DNA of 64,000 nt from Patescibacteria group bacterium (GTDB lineage: Bacteria > Patescibacteriota > Doudnabacteria > UBA920 > O2-02-FULL-48-8): contig DASUKB010000004.1 of NCBI GenBank assembly GCA_036278915.1, positions 9,441-73,440 of the forward strand, given 5' to 3'. Shown here piece after piece: positions 47,791 through 56,532 of this stretch. Made by a program: the position numbers and the translations under genes. Numbering within the stretch: the first letter of the stretch is position 1; the number at the start of each line of letters is the position of its first letter. The notes under the pieces are model-generated. The model was not told the origin of the DNA. It ran no database searches and was given only the letters and a program-made list of their open reading frames with translations.

Positions 47791-49197
47791 ATGACACGCA
47801 CATATATTTTGGATACGATTGGGAAAACAGGAGAAACAGTAAAGCTAAACGGCTGGGTGGCGGTCAGGCGCGACCACGGCAAACTTATCTTTTTGGATTT
47901 GCGCGACAGCACAGGTCTCATCCAGCTGGTGGTCAATCCCAAAGTTTCAGCCGAAGCGCATGCCGCGGCCAGTGACGTGCGCAACGAATACGTGCTTGAA
48001 GTAGAAGGCAAGGTCAACCCTCGCATGGAAAATCAAATCAACTCCCAACTGCCCACCGGCAAAATTGAACTAGAGGTGACCAAACTCACGATCTTAAATA
48101 AATCCGAACCGTTGCCGTTTACAGTGGACACCGACGGCTACGAAATCAGCGAAGAAGTCCGGATGAAGTATCGGTACTTGGACTTGCGCCGCCAAAGACT
48201 TAACAATGATCTCAAAAGCCGCCACAAGGTGATTAAATTTATACGCGATTTCCTTTCCGAGCGCGGCTTTACCGAAGTAGAAACCCCCGACCTTTCCAAA
48301 TCCACGCCCGAAGGCGCGCGAGACTATTTAGTGCCTGCCAGACTGCATCCGGGAACTTTTTATGCCCTGCCGCAAAGTCCGCAGCAATACAAACAGCTGC
48401 TCATGGTCGCGGGCTTGGAAAAATATTTTCAAATTGCGCGCTGCTTCCGCGACGAAGACACGCGCGGCGACCGCCAGCCGGAATTCACGCAATTGGATTT
48501 GGAAGCAAGCTTCGTGACGCAGGAGGACATCCTGGCTCTCAACGAAAAATTACTCATAGACATTGTTACCAATCTCTACCCTAACAAAAAAATCCAGGAA
48601 CTACCCTTCCCCCGCCTGACGTACAAAGAGGCTATGGAAAAATACGGCACCGACCGGCCCGACCTGCGAAAAGACAAAAACGATCCGGAACTTTTGGCCT
48701 TCTGCTGGATTTTGGATTTCCCATTCTTTGAAAAAGAAGATGAGGGTGGGTGGACTTTCACTCACAACCCATTCTCCGCGCCAAAGCCGGAATTCTTGGA
48801 CGACCTGCTCCAGCAGAAAAATATAGGCGAGATCCTGACCACACAGTACGACGTGGCGCTCAACGGATTTGAAATCGGCGGCGGGTCCATACGCAATCAC
48901 CGGCCCGAAGCGCTGAAGGCTGTGTTTAGTATTATGGGTTTTGAGGACGAGAGAATTGAAAAAGACTTCGGACACATGCTGCAGGCGCTCTCGTACGGCG
49001 CGCCACCGCACGGCGGCATTGCCTGGGGTTTGGACCGGCTGGTGACGATTCTTCAAGGTGAACCAAACATCCGCGAAGTTATCGCCTTCCCCAAAACCGG
49101 CGACGGCCGAGATCTTATGATGGACGGTCCCGCCCCCGCCACCGACAAGCAGCTCAAAGAACTGCATATAAAAGTAGAGATTCCTAAAAAGAAGTAA
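47791..49197 (+). CDS. aspS: Aspartate--tRNA ligase (short, no GAD domain)
   Basis: RRDHG, RYLDLR, LPQSPQ, FRDED, PPHGGIAWGLDR. Confidence 0.96.
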   Translation: MTRTYILDTIGKTGETVKLNGWVAVRRDHGKLIFLDLRDSTGLIQLVVNPKVSAEAHAAASDVRNEYVLEVEGKVNPRMENQINSQLPTGKIELEVTKLTILNKSEPLPFTVDTDGYEISEEVRMKYRYLDLRRQRLNNDLKSRHKVIKFIRDFLSERGFTEVETPDLSKSTPEGARDYLVPARLHPGTFYALPQSPQQYKQLLMVAGLEKYFQIARCFRDEDTRGDRQPEFTQLDLEASFVTQEDILALNEKLLIDIVTNLYPNKKIQELPFPRLTYKEAMEKYGTDRPDLRKDKNDPELLAFCWILDFPFFEKEDEGGWTFTHNPFSAPKPEFLDDLLQQKNIGEILTTQYDVALNGFEIGGGSIRNHRPEALKAVFSIMGFEDERIEKDFGHMLQALSYGAPPHGGIAWGLDRLVTILQGEPNIREVIAFPKTGDGRDLMMDGPAPATDKQLKELHIKVEIPKKK

Positions 49198-49198
49198 C

Positions 49199-49263
49199 AA
49201 CTCCCCCAACCCCCTCTTTAGTCAAAGAGGGGGTGATCGAACGCCAGTTCGATCGGGGGAGTT
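49199..49263. repeat. REP-like palindromic element 1
   Basis: AACTCCCCC...GGGGGAGTT ends; internal CCCCCTCTTT/AAAGAGGGGG and GATCGAAC/GTTCGATC stems. Confidence 0.78.
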
Positions 49264-49283
49264 CTGAATGAGTTGATACAATC

Positions 49284-49301
49284 GTCGACTCATGAGTCGA
49301 C
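49284..49301. promoter_or_regulatory. Perfect 18-bp palindrome, putative operator
   Basis: GTCGACTCATGAGTCGAC, directly after TG-a-TACAAT -10 and before the AbrB-like ATG. Confidence 0.65.
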
Positions 49302-49311
49302 TCAAACTTAA

Positions 49312-49503
49312 ATGAAACACAAAGCAAGCAGATTGAGCAAAGTAGGAAGGAGCGCAACAGGAGTCATAATACCTGCCGTCATTTTAGGCGAGCTTGGTTG
49401 GCACAAACGACAACTCGTGTTGGTCAAAAAAGTCCCCCGCGGGATTCTCATAATTGATGCAATTACAAAACATGATCACAAAAAATCTAGAAAAAATTCT
49501 TAA
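49312..49503 (+). CDS. AbrB/MazE/SpoVT-family DNA-binding protein
   Basis: SKVGRSATGVIIP..IL.ELGW swapped-hairpin pattern. Confidence 0.75.
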   Translation: MKHKASRLSKVGRSATGVIIPAVILGELGWHKRQLVLVKKVPRGILIIDAITKHDHKKSRKNS

Positions 49504-49933
49504 ATCCAATAAAATCAAATACGAGATCGTGGAGCATCGGAAAGTCTACACGGCTTTTGATGCGGCTGAAACGCAAGATCTCAAACTGACCGAAGTCGTG
49601 AAGGCTGTGTTGTTGAAAGGAAAAAAGGGTTTGTATTTGGCTGTATTGCCTGCTGGTAATAATTGCGATTTCAAATCCTTGGGCAAATTAACTGGCGATA
49701 GAGTTTCCATGGCCAAAGAGGCGGATATCAAAAACAAGCTAAAAACCAAAATTGGTCTTATCGCGCCGTTCGGCTCGCTTTATAAATTGCCCGTTTACAT
49801 AGACAAAAAACTTCTCAAAAATAAAAAGCTGAACATCCCCGCAGGGTCCTACACGGAATCAGTGATTATGAACACGAAAGATTATGTTAATTTAGAAAAT
49901 CCAGTGCAAGGGAATTTTTCAGTTAGGAAGTAA
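49472..49933 (+). CDS. YbaK/ProX-family aminoacyl-tRNA trans-editing protein
   Basis: H..VYTA, VVKAV, GLIAPFG, AGSYTES. Confidence 0.85.
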   Translation: MITKNLEKILKSNKIKYEIVEHRKVYTAFDAAETQDLKLTEVVKAVLLKGKKGLYLAVLPAGNNCDFKSLGKLTGDRVSMAKEADIKNKLKTKIGLIAPFGSLYKLPVYIDKKLLKNKKLNIPAGSYTESVIMNTKDYVNLENPVQGNFSVRK

Positions 49934-50050
49934 CCCCTCCCAACCTCCCCTTATCCTAAGGGGAGGAGTAAACCGAACCAGGTTGCAGCTTGGTTTTACC
50001 CCCTCTTAGAATAAGAGGGGGTGCATAACACAAGGATTATCGGGAGAGTT
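49932..50050. repeat. REP-like palindromic element 2 (double unit)
   Basis: CCTCCCCTTA/TAAGGGGAGG and ACCCCCTCTTA/TAAGAGGGGGT stems; ends ATCGGGAGAGTT like element 1. Confidence 0.78.
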
Positions 50051-50062
50051 AGAAACAAGTCT

Positions 50063-50764
50063 ATGCGCATCAAATTAGAACAACATCAATTCGAGGGGCC
50101 GTTGGATCTGCTGCTACAGCTTATAGAAGACCAGCAGATGGACATCACTGCCCTGGCACTGTCCGAAGTCACGGAGCAGTTTTTAAATTACGTCCGGTCA
50201 TTGCAGGAAAAAAACCCCACCAACCTGGCTGACTTTCTTATCATCGCGGCCAAGCTTTTGGTCATCAAATCCAAAGCCCTGCTGCCAAACCTGGATTTGG
50301 GCGCGGATGAGGAAGAGGCGGCGTTTGATCTGACCGCGCAGCTGCTCACCTACAAAAAATTCCGCGAAGTGGCGAAGTTTTTGAAAAATTTGGAAGCGCG
50401 AAGAAAACAGTCCTGGAGCCGCGAAACCGAATTTACCGATCGCGTAACCTTTTTGCCTGATCCGGAAGTAACCGTAGACGTTTTAGCGGGAACTTTAGGT
50501 AAACTCGCCACGGAACTTAAAGAAATCGTCAAACTGCCGGAAAAAGTTTTGGAAAAAGTCGTTTCCATAACCGAAAAAATCAACCACATCCAGGCGCTTA
50601 TCGGGCAAAAGGTAGAAACCAGGCTTTCCGAACTTCTAAAAGACGCAAGCGGCAAAACGGACGTCATCGTGACTTTCCTGGCGCTATTGGAACTGACCAA
50701 ACAGCGCATTCTCTCGCTTGACCAGGAAGAAAAATTCGCAGATATAATTATTAAGAAAAATTGA
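50063..50764 (+). CDS. scpA: Segregation and condensation protein A
   Basis: FEGPLDLLLQLI, IKSKALLP, TFLALLEL. Confidence 0.95.
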   Translation: MRIKLEQHQFEGPLDLLLQLIEDQQMDITALALSEVTEQFLNYVRSLQEKNPTNLADFLIIAAKLLVIKSKALLPNLDLGADEEEAAFDLTAQLLTYKKFREVAKFLKNLEARRKQSWSRETEFTDRVTFLPDPEVTVDVLAGTLGKLATELKEIVKLPEKVLEKVVSITEKINHIQALIGQKVETRLSELLKDASGKTDVIVTFLALLELTKQRILSLDQEEKFADIIIKKN

Positions 50765-50829
50765 CCTAATTACTAATTGATCTAATTTCTAAACTTTAGG
50801 TCAATCAGAAATTAGTAATTAGGAATTTT
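50761..50829. repeat. AT-rich heptamer (TTnCTAA) palindromic spacer, member of a dispersed family
   Basis: CCTAATTACTAATT...AATTAGTAATTAGG; similar spacers near 10855, 21000, 38345 and 42410. Confidence 0.65.
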
Positions 50830-50835
50830 TACTTT

Positions 50836-51381
50836 ATGGATCTCAATAAACTTAAGTCGCAAATTCTCTCCATTTTATTTGTAGCCAGCAAGCCGGTAAG
50901 CATTAAAGAGCTTACGGAAACTTTCGGCATGTCCGAATCCGACATCAAGGAAGCCGTGGAAGAAATCGTTTCGGAAAACGACACGTCGGGTATAATTCTC
51001 CTGGCGCACAACGACCGGCTGCAGCTTGCTTCCAATCCGGAAAACAGCAGCCAGGTCAAAAAATTCCTGTCTTTGGAGCTGCGGGAGAAGCTCACGGAAG
51101 CAGCGCTTGAGACTCTGGCGATAATTCTCTACAAACAGCCGGTGTCGCGCGCGGAAATAGAAAACATCCGCGGCGTCAACTCGCAGTATAGCATCCGGCA
51201 GCTGCTCATACGCGGACTTATAGAAAAAAGTTCGTCGGCCCAAGACCGGCGCGTGCAGAATTACCAGACGACTCATGAATTTATGCAGACGCTAGGCATC
51301 ACAGATATGCGCAAACTCCCTGATTTTGAAACGCTCACTCAAAATATCCAGCTGCCGGAAAACAAACCGGACCAATCCTAA
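50836..51381 (+). CDS. scpB: Segregation and condensation protein B
   Basis: ALETLAIILYKQP, IENIRGVNS, YQTT.EF. Confidence 0.95.
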   Translation: MDLNKLKSQILSILFVASKPVSIKELTETFGMSESDIKEAVEEIVSENDTSGIILLAHNDRLQLASNPENSSQVKKFLSLELREKLTEAALETLAIILYKQPVSRAEIENIRGVNSQYSIRQLLIRGLIEKSSSAQDRRVQNYQTTHEFMQTLGITDMRKLPDFETLTQNIQLPENKPDQS

Positions 51382-51554
51382 GCGTACTGCTCCCGCAAAC
51401 GGAACAGCTGAATGCGCGCCACCTGTTCAATCGCTGCGTCATGGTATGTGCGCAAAACCTGCTGAATCCATTGCTCATAAAGCCGAAAGGCTTTTTTGCT
51501 TGTAACCTGCGAGGCCCGTTGCGCTATTTCGTATAACACAAGTAGGTTTTTCAT
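51378..51554 (-). CDS. Small hypothetical protein (58 aa, MKNLLVLYEIAQ...)
   Basis: Hand-translated; starts 2 nt after the upstream small ORF stop and overlaps the scpB stop by 4 nt. Confidence 0.5.
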   Translation of the reverse strand: MKNLLVLYEIAQRASQVTSKKAFRLYEQWIQQVLRTYHDAAIEQVARIQLFRLREQYA

Positions 51555-51556
51555 TT

Positions 51557-51724
51557 TTAGAGTCCAATGCTTTTGGCTCGCAAACCGCGAAATTTTTTGG
51601 TAAATTTAGAGAAATCCACCCAACTGGGTTTTATGTCGGACAAGCGGAAAATCTGCGTTTCTAGAGCAGCCTTCGCCTCTTTTTCACGTTTGAGGCGGAA
51701 TCTTTTTCCCGATTTAGATTTCAT
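51557..51724 (-). CDS. Small basic hypothetical protein (55 aa, MKSKSGKRFRLK...)
   Basis: Hand-translated; GAAGGGA upstream; in tandem with the next small ORF. Confidence 0.5.
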   Translation of the reverse strand: MKSKSGKRFRLKREKEAKAALETQIFRLSDIKPSWVDFSKFTKKFRGLRAKSIGL

Positions 51725-51832
51725 AAGCCATCATTCCCTTCACAAGGAATAATACCTGCTTATGATTGCAAATTTAATAGGATAAACGCACAAAGTTTGG
51801 TTTCAAATCAAGCCGGAATTGGTTCAAATCTG

Positions 51833-53062
51833 CTAAACGGCATGGACAGCAGATTTCTCCAGGTATAGCACGCGATTTAAGATAAGCGCGACTTTAAGTT
51901 CCATGGCATCGTTGAATTTGCGCGGATCAAGTCCTGTGACTTTTTTAATCTTATCGAGCCGGTACAAAAGCGTGTTGCGGTGGATTTTGAGCTCTTTTGA
52001 GGTTTGCGTCAGGCTCATATTTTTATCAAAGAAGACTTCCACTGTCTGAAGCAGGTACTCTTCGGCCAAAAGCTTCATGAGGAGCCGGCGGACGAAATTG
52101 TCCTGCCATTTTTTGTTGCCGCCGGCCAGAGTGGCAATCATCCCTAAATCATCGATATGGTACATCGTGCGCGCCTCGCCCATAGACAAGCCCAGATTCA
52201 GCGCGCGGCGAGCTTCTTCGTAGGCCAGCATCACGCCTTCTTTACCGCGGTAAAAACTGCCAATTGCGATGAGCAATTTTGAAAATTCGGCTCCGAGATG
52301 TTCTTTGATGATTTTTTGGAATTCATCGGAACGGCTGCGGATGGCATCCACCATTTCACGGCCGTCCATACTGTAGAGTTCGTCCACCAGCACCACGAAC
52401 GTGTCCGAGCCGAAATACGCAACACTGCAGCCGGAGAGTCTGCCGAAAAATTGCGACAGCGACAAAAATAGCTTCTTTTTGTATGCGGAAAGTGCGGTTT
52501 GCTTTTCGTCTTCCGACGCGGAAAGTTTGTCGCCGAAAAGTGTACTCCAAAAATTTTCGATGGTTATTATAAGCACAACTTTGTCGCGGTTTAGGTTGAG
52601 GTCAAACAAATCCGCTTCTTCCCGAACTTTGTTATCTTCCATGGCAAGTCTCCGGTGGAGCAAGCCGAAAATGAAATTATCCTTGATCTTGTCTTTGTAG
52701 GGAAAGTGGTCCACGACCATGCTCTGATGAATGAGAAGTTCAAGCGTAGTCGTAAGGATCTGACGGTAATGCTGATAATTTTCTGGCTTATCTTCCACGA
52801 ACAAGGCGCCCACAACCTCATCGCTGTAATTAATTGGTATAACGACGCCTTCTCCCAAGGAAGTCTTGGTGGCGGGCCCAGCGCTTTCCAGTTCCTTTTT
52901 GGCATCCACAGCCTGGCGGAATTGTTCGTAATTTTTACCGGTTTCCGACAAGTCGGATGAGGCCAAAACATCACCTCGGCTGTTGGAAACAGTAATTTTC
53001 TTTTTGAGCATAGACGAAAGCTTATTGACTATGTTTTCGGCTATAATTTCGCCAAGTTCCAT
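51833..53062 (-). CDS. CdaR/PucR-family transcriptional regulator
   Basis: N-terminal diacid-recognition-like domain, GGDEF-like middle, IHRNTLLYRLDKI HTH; alternative start at 53083. Confidence 0.9.
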   Translation of the reverse strand: MELGEIIAENIVNKLSSMLKKKITVSNSRGDVLASSDLSETGKNYEQFRQAVDAKKELESAGPATKTSLGEGVVIPINYSDEVVGALFVEDKPENYQHYRQILTTTLELLIHQSMVVDHFPYKDKIKDNFIFGLLHRRLAMEDNKVREEADLFDLNLNRDKVVLIITIENFWSTLFGDKLSASEDEKQTALSAYKKKLFLSLSQFFGRLSGCSVAYFGSDTFVVLVDELYSMDGREMVDAIRSRSDEFQKIIKEHLGAEFSKLLIAIGSFYRGKEGVMLAYEEARRALNLGLSMGEARTMYHIDDLGMIATLAGGNKKWQDNFVRRLLMKLLAEEYLLQTVEVFFDKNMSLTQTSKELKIHRNTLLYRLDKIKKVTGLDPRKFNDAMELKVALILNRVLYLEKSAVHAV

Positions 53063-53194
53063 TTGTTTCTCCGTTCTTCCCAATTGGGATTGTTTAATTA
53101 GCTAATCAATATATATCAAATATACAATAAGCATTAAATAAATCAAGCCCTGAGTTAGAGTTTTCAACAGTTTTTTGGTTATTTTGTACAAAAT

Positions 53195-53218
53195 AAAACT
53201 AGACATTTGTCTAGTTTT
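53195..53218. terminator. 11-bp inverted repeat (terminator or operator)
   Basis: AAAACTAGACA-TT-TGTCTAGTTTT. Confidence 0.6.
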
Positions 53219-53253
53219 TGTATTTCTTACGACTTTTTAGGACTTATCTACAG

Positions 53254-54255
53254 CTAAAGTTGTCCTGAAAATAGTTTTTTGGCTTCATTCCACATTCCCC
53301 AGTCGTTATTTTTCTTGGCCATCCAATACCACCATTCCACACCCCACAAATAGTGCGTACCAACTCCGGTGCTTTCGGCGTATTTAATATTTTGATCAAA
53401 GACTTTGGGGTTCATAAGCGCATCCTGCACATCCAAAGGCGTATTGAGCGCCCCATCTGTAAACCACGGCTCCATCTGCAACTCTACGTCTTCCACCTGC
53501 TTGGTATGCGTAAATGTCTGTAAAATCCCCGCACGGACGCGATAAAACGCCGCTGGCAGTGGATATTTATAGTACCCGCCGTATTTTTGGTCATAAGAAA
53601 CGCGGTAAAGCGTAAAGCCCAGAATATCCGCGCCGGAATTGGCCGCTGGGATCCAGCCGCCACGGTCGCCCGAGTCTGTGACCACCACCGGTCTGGAATC
53701 CAGAGACTTTACGAGCGCCACTTCTTTGTCCAACAGATCACTTGATTCCGTGGGGCAGTCCGGACCAAAGCCAAAGTACGGTTCGTTCTCCACCTGCCAG
53801 GCTGTAACCGCCGGGAAAGATTTGAAATGCTCAATCTCTGTTTGGACAAAATCCAGCACTGCGGCGTCTTGATCTCCTTTGGATAACGAATTATACCAGG
53901 ACGGCACGTGGCATTCGGGCCAGCGCGGCTGTTTGAGCCCCACCACAAGCAAGACCTGGACATTTTGCTTTGCGGATTCCTCAAGCATCTGGTCCGGGAT
54001 ATTGAAGTTAAATTGTCCTGGTTGCGGCTCTGCATCCTCCCAGTAAGTCATAAGGCGCAAATTTTTTGGTTTTAAATCCGAAAGCATGTCCAAAAACATA
54101 GTCTTCCAGTCAAATCCCAAGCCTTCGGCTTCTTGGTACGAAAAAGTCAGGCCCCAAGTCTGGCTTTGCGCGGGCTTGAACCGGAAATAAAAAAAACCGC
54201 AAGCTATGATGAGCAGTAAAATAATAATTCCCAAAATTTTCCAGAATAATTTCAT
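53254..54255 (-). CDS. Membrane-anchored clan GH-A glycoside hydrolase
   Basis: N-terminal TM, PRWPECH, WQVENEP acid/base, ELQMEPW nucleophile. Confidence 0.8.
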   Translation of the reverse strand: MKLFWKILGIIILLLIIACGFFYFRFKPAQSQTWGLTFSYQEAEGLGFDWKTMFLDMLSDLKPKNLRLMTYWEDAEPQPGQFNFNIPDQMLEESAKQNVQVLLVVGLKQPRWPECHVPSWYNSLSKGDQDAAVLDFVQTEIEHFKSFPAVTAWQVENEPYFGFGPDCPTESSDLLDKEVALVKSLDSRPVVVTDSGDRGGWIPAANSGADILGFTLYRVSYDQKYGGYYKYPLPAAFYRVRAGILQTFTHTKQVEDVELQMEPWFTDGALNTPLDVQDALMNPKVFDQNIKYAESTGVGTHYLWGVEWWYWMAKKNNDWGMWNEAKKLFSGQL

Positions 54256-54258
54256 GAA

Positions 54259-55155
54259 TTACTTAGTGAGCAAAAACAAACCGATGCTTATGGCCGCAAT
54301 TGCCGATGCCTTGAGGATTACAGTTTCGGTATTAATGCGCTCCTTGAGAACTTTGGGATAATAGATGGACAAAAATGTCGTGAGAATCAGCAAAAAAACG
54401 AATTGCATGCCCTGGAGGGCGTTGACCACGGTCACGCTTCCAAGCTTAACCGCATATTTTTGCAGATATCCCCCTATAGTGCCTGTGGCGCGGGATGAAT
54501 AATACAGCGCCACATTTTTTTTGCCTGCTTCTTTGGGTGCGTTAAATATAGCTTTGCGGTTGCTCTTAAACGGCAGGATAAACGCCAAGGGAATCACAAA
54601 TCCCACTGATGGCCAGACCAAACCGGTGATGTAATTACTGTGGTTGAAAGTATACTTGGTAAGTACCGAAGTCAGGGCAAAAAACAGCGCTGAAAGCGAA
54701 GCATACCAAAGTGAGCTTGGCGCCCAGCCGCTGCTGCTTCTCCGGAAAGATATGAGCACCGCGCCAAACACCAGCAGCACAAATCCGAAACTTTGCAAAA
54801 TCCCCAGCCGTTCGCTAAGTATAAAATACGACAGGATAAACGTAAACAAAGGCCCAAGGCCAGCTTGTATAGGCACTACGCGCGATACGGAAGCCTTGCC
54901 AATGGCCGACCACGAAAAATAAATGCCGATAATAAACGCGATGCCCGCCGAGAGCGCCACCAGCATGTCCGGCAGATTCAAAATTTTGCCGCCAAACGGC
55001 AAAAGCAATAAGGAAAATGGCCCGGTGACCGCGGTGTAGAACGCGTAAGCCACTGGCGCGCGCACCACTTTGGACACCAAAAATTTATCGGCCACGCTGC
55101 TGAAAGCCAGCAAGAAATATCCGGACAAACCTACCAACAAATAACTGATTCCCAT
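54259..55155 (-). CDS. EamA/DMT family transporter
   Basis: 10 TMs in two repeats; ILSERL. Confidence 0.82.
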   Translation of the reverse strand: MGISYLLVGLSGYFLLAFSSVADKFLVSKVVRAPVAYAFYTAVTGPFSLLLLPFGGKILNLPDMLVALSAGIAFIIGIYFSWSAIGKASVSRVVPIQAGLGPLFTFILSYFILSERLGILQSFGFVLLVFGAVLISFRRSSSGWAPSSLWYASLSALFFALTSVLTKYTFNHSNYITGLVWPSVGFVIPLAFILPFKSNRKAIFNAPKEAGKKNVALYYSSRATGTIGGYLQKYAVKLGSVTVVNALQGMQFVFLLILTTFLSIYYPKVLKERINTETVILKASAIAAISIGLFLLTK

Positions 55156-55167
55156 TTTGTTTAGATC

Positions 55168-56400
55168 TTAATTTTTAACTACTTCTTTTTGATTTAACAG
55201 TTCGTGGAATACGTTCGCGCTCCTCCGCACCTTGCGTTCCAGAGTTTCGCGGTTTACTTCCACCAGACCAAACAGCGGCCCGTAGCCATCGGCCCATTCG
55301 TAATTGTCTATAAGCGACCAGTAGAAATAGCCGCGCACATCGGAGCCTTCGGAAATGGCTTTGGCTGTCCAGCGCAGATGCTCGAGGATAAATTCGCTGC
55401 GCATATCATCGCGGGCGTTGGCTATGCCGTTCTCGGTAATGTAAATGGGCTTGCGGTATTTTTTGAGATCCCGGAGTACGTGGTAGATGCCTTCCGGGAA
55501 AGTCCGCCAGCCCATGTCGGACTTTTGGTTTTCCAGGGGGCCGCCTGGCTGATTTACAAAATTTTTGTTTAGGTCCACAAACCCGCCCGGAAAACTCAAT
55601 TTCATGAGCTTGTAAAAATAATAATTGAGCCCAATGAAGTCGAGCTTGTTGTTGATGCGGTCCAAAAAATAATGGTTGCTGATTTGCTTGGAAATCCAAA
55701 CTAAGGCCCGATCAAACGGACTTCCTTTGTGGTATGGCTCGTAATACATATTGTTCTTGGCCAAACCAACTTGGGCTTTAGGCAAAACCTGCTTGATAGC
55801 GTCGTAGGCTTTTTTATGCGCTGCCGCGAGATGGCTTAGCACCCGTAACAACAAAATATAATTGCTTTTAAACGGCGGCCACTTGCCCTGATTGTAGGAT
55901 TGGCCAACATAAACTTCCGGCTCGTTGATAGTGCACCATAAGTCAATTTCGTCACCAAGGTTGTTTGCCACAAACCAGGCGTAGCGCGCAAACGCTTCTA
56001 TGATCTGCGGATTTTCGAATCCGCCTTTTTCCGCCACCCACGCCGGAAGCGAGAAATGCCAGAGCGTCACCATGCGCTTAAGGCCCTGTTTCTTCATTGC
56101 CTGCAGGACTTTGCGGTAATGTTCCACTTCGCGCGTTTCAAACTGGCCCTCGGCCGGCTCGATGCGCGCCCACTCAATAGAAATGCGGAAAGCGTTCAGA
56201 CCCAGACCGTGAGCAATCTCAAAATCCTCTTCGTATTTGTGGTAATGATCACAGGCCAACCCGGATTTGGGCACTAGACCTTTTTGTTCGGCTGCCCACC
56301 AGTCGGAATTGATATTGTCGCCTTCCACTTGGTGGGCGGACGTGGCCGCGCCCAGAAGGAACCCTGGGGGAAGTGGAATATTTGCATTGGTTTCAGTCAT
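55168..56400 (-). CDS. Glycoside hydrolase family 1 (beta-glucosidase)
   Basis: GAATSAHQVEG, TINEP, ITENG, DNYEW. Confidence 0.95.
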   Translation of the reverse strand: MTETNANIPLPPGFLLGAATSAHQVEGDNINSDWWAAEQKGLVPKSGLACDHYHKYEEDFEIAHGLGLNAFRISIEWARIEPAEGQFETREVEHYRKVLQAMKKQGLKRMVTLWHFSLPAWVAEKGGFENPQIIEAFARYAWFVANNLGDEIDLWCTINEPEVYVGQSYNQGKWPPFKSNYILLLRVLSHLAAAHKKAYDAIKQVLPKAQVGLAKNNMYYEPYHKGSPFDRALVWISKQISNHYFLDRINNKLDFIGLNYYFYKLMKLSFPGGFVDLNKNFVNQPGGPLENQKSDMGWRTFPEGIYHVLRDLKKYRKPIYITENGIANARDDMRSEFILEHLRWTAKAISEGSDVRGYFYWSLIDNYEWADGYGPLFGLVEVNRETLERKVRRSANVFHELLNQKEVVKN

Positions 56401-56532
56401 CTAGGTCTGGGATACTTTTGGTTATAATGTCTAAATTAATTATACTGAATTCCGCAAAAATTATCCAATTCTGATGATGTCACAAAATTGCCGCAGTGTT
56501 TAGAATACGGATGTAACCGATAAGTAAACTCT

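Noticed and set aside
51567-51752. 61-aa plus-strand ORF from the track
   Set aside because: The tandem minus-strand ORFs fit the spacing, RBS and promoter better
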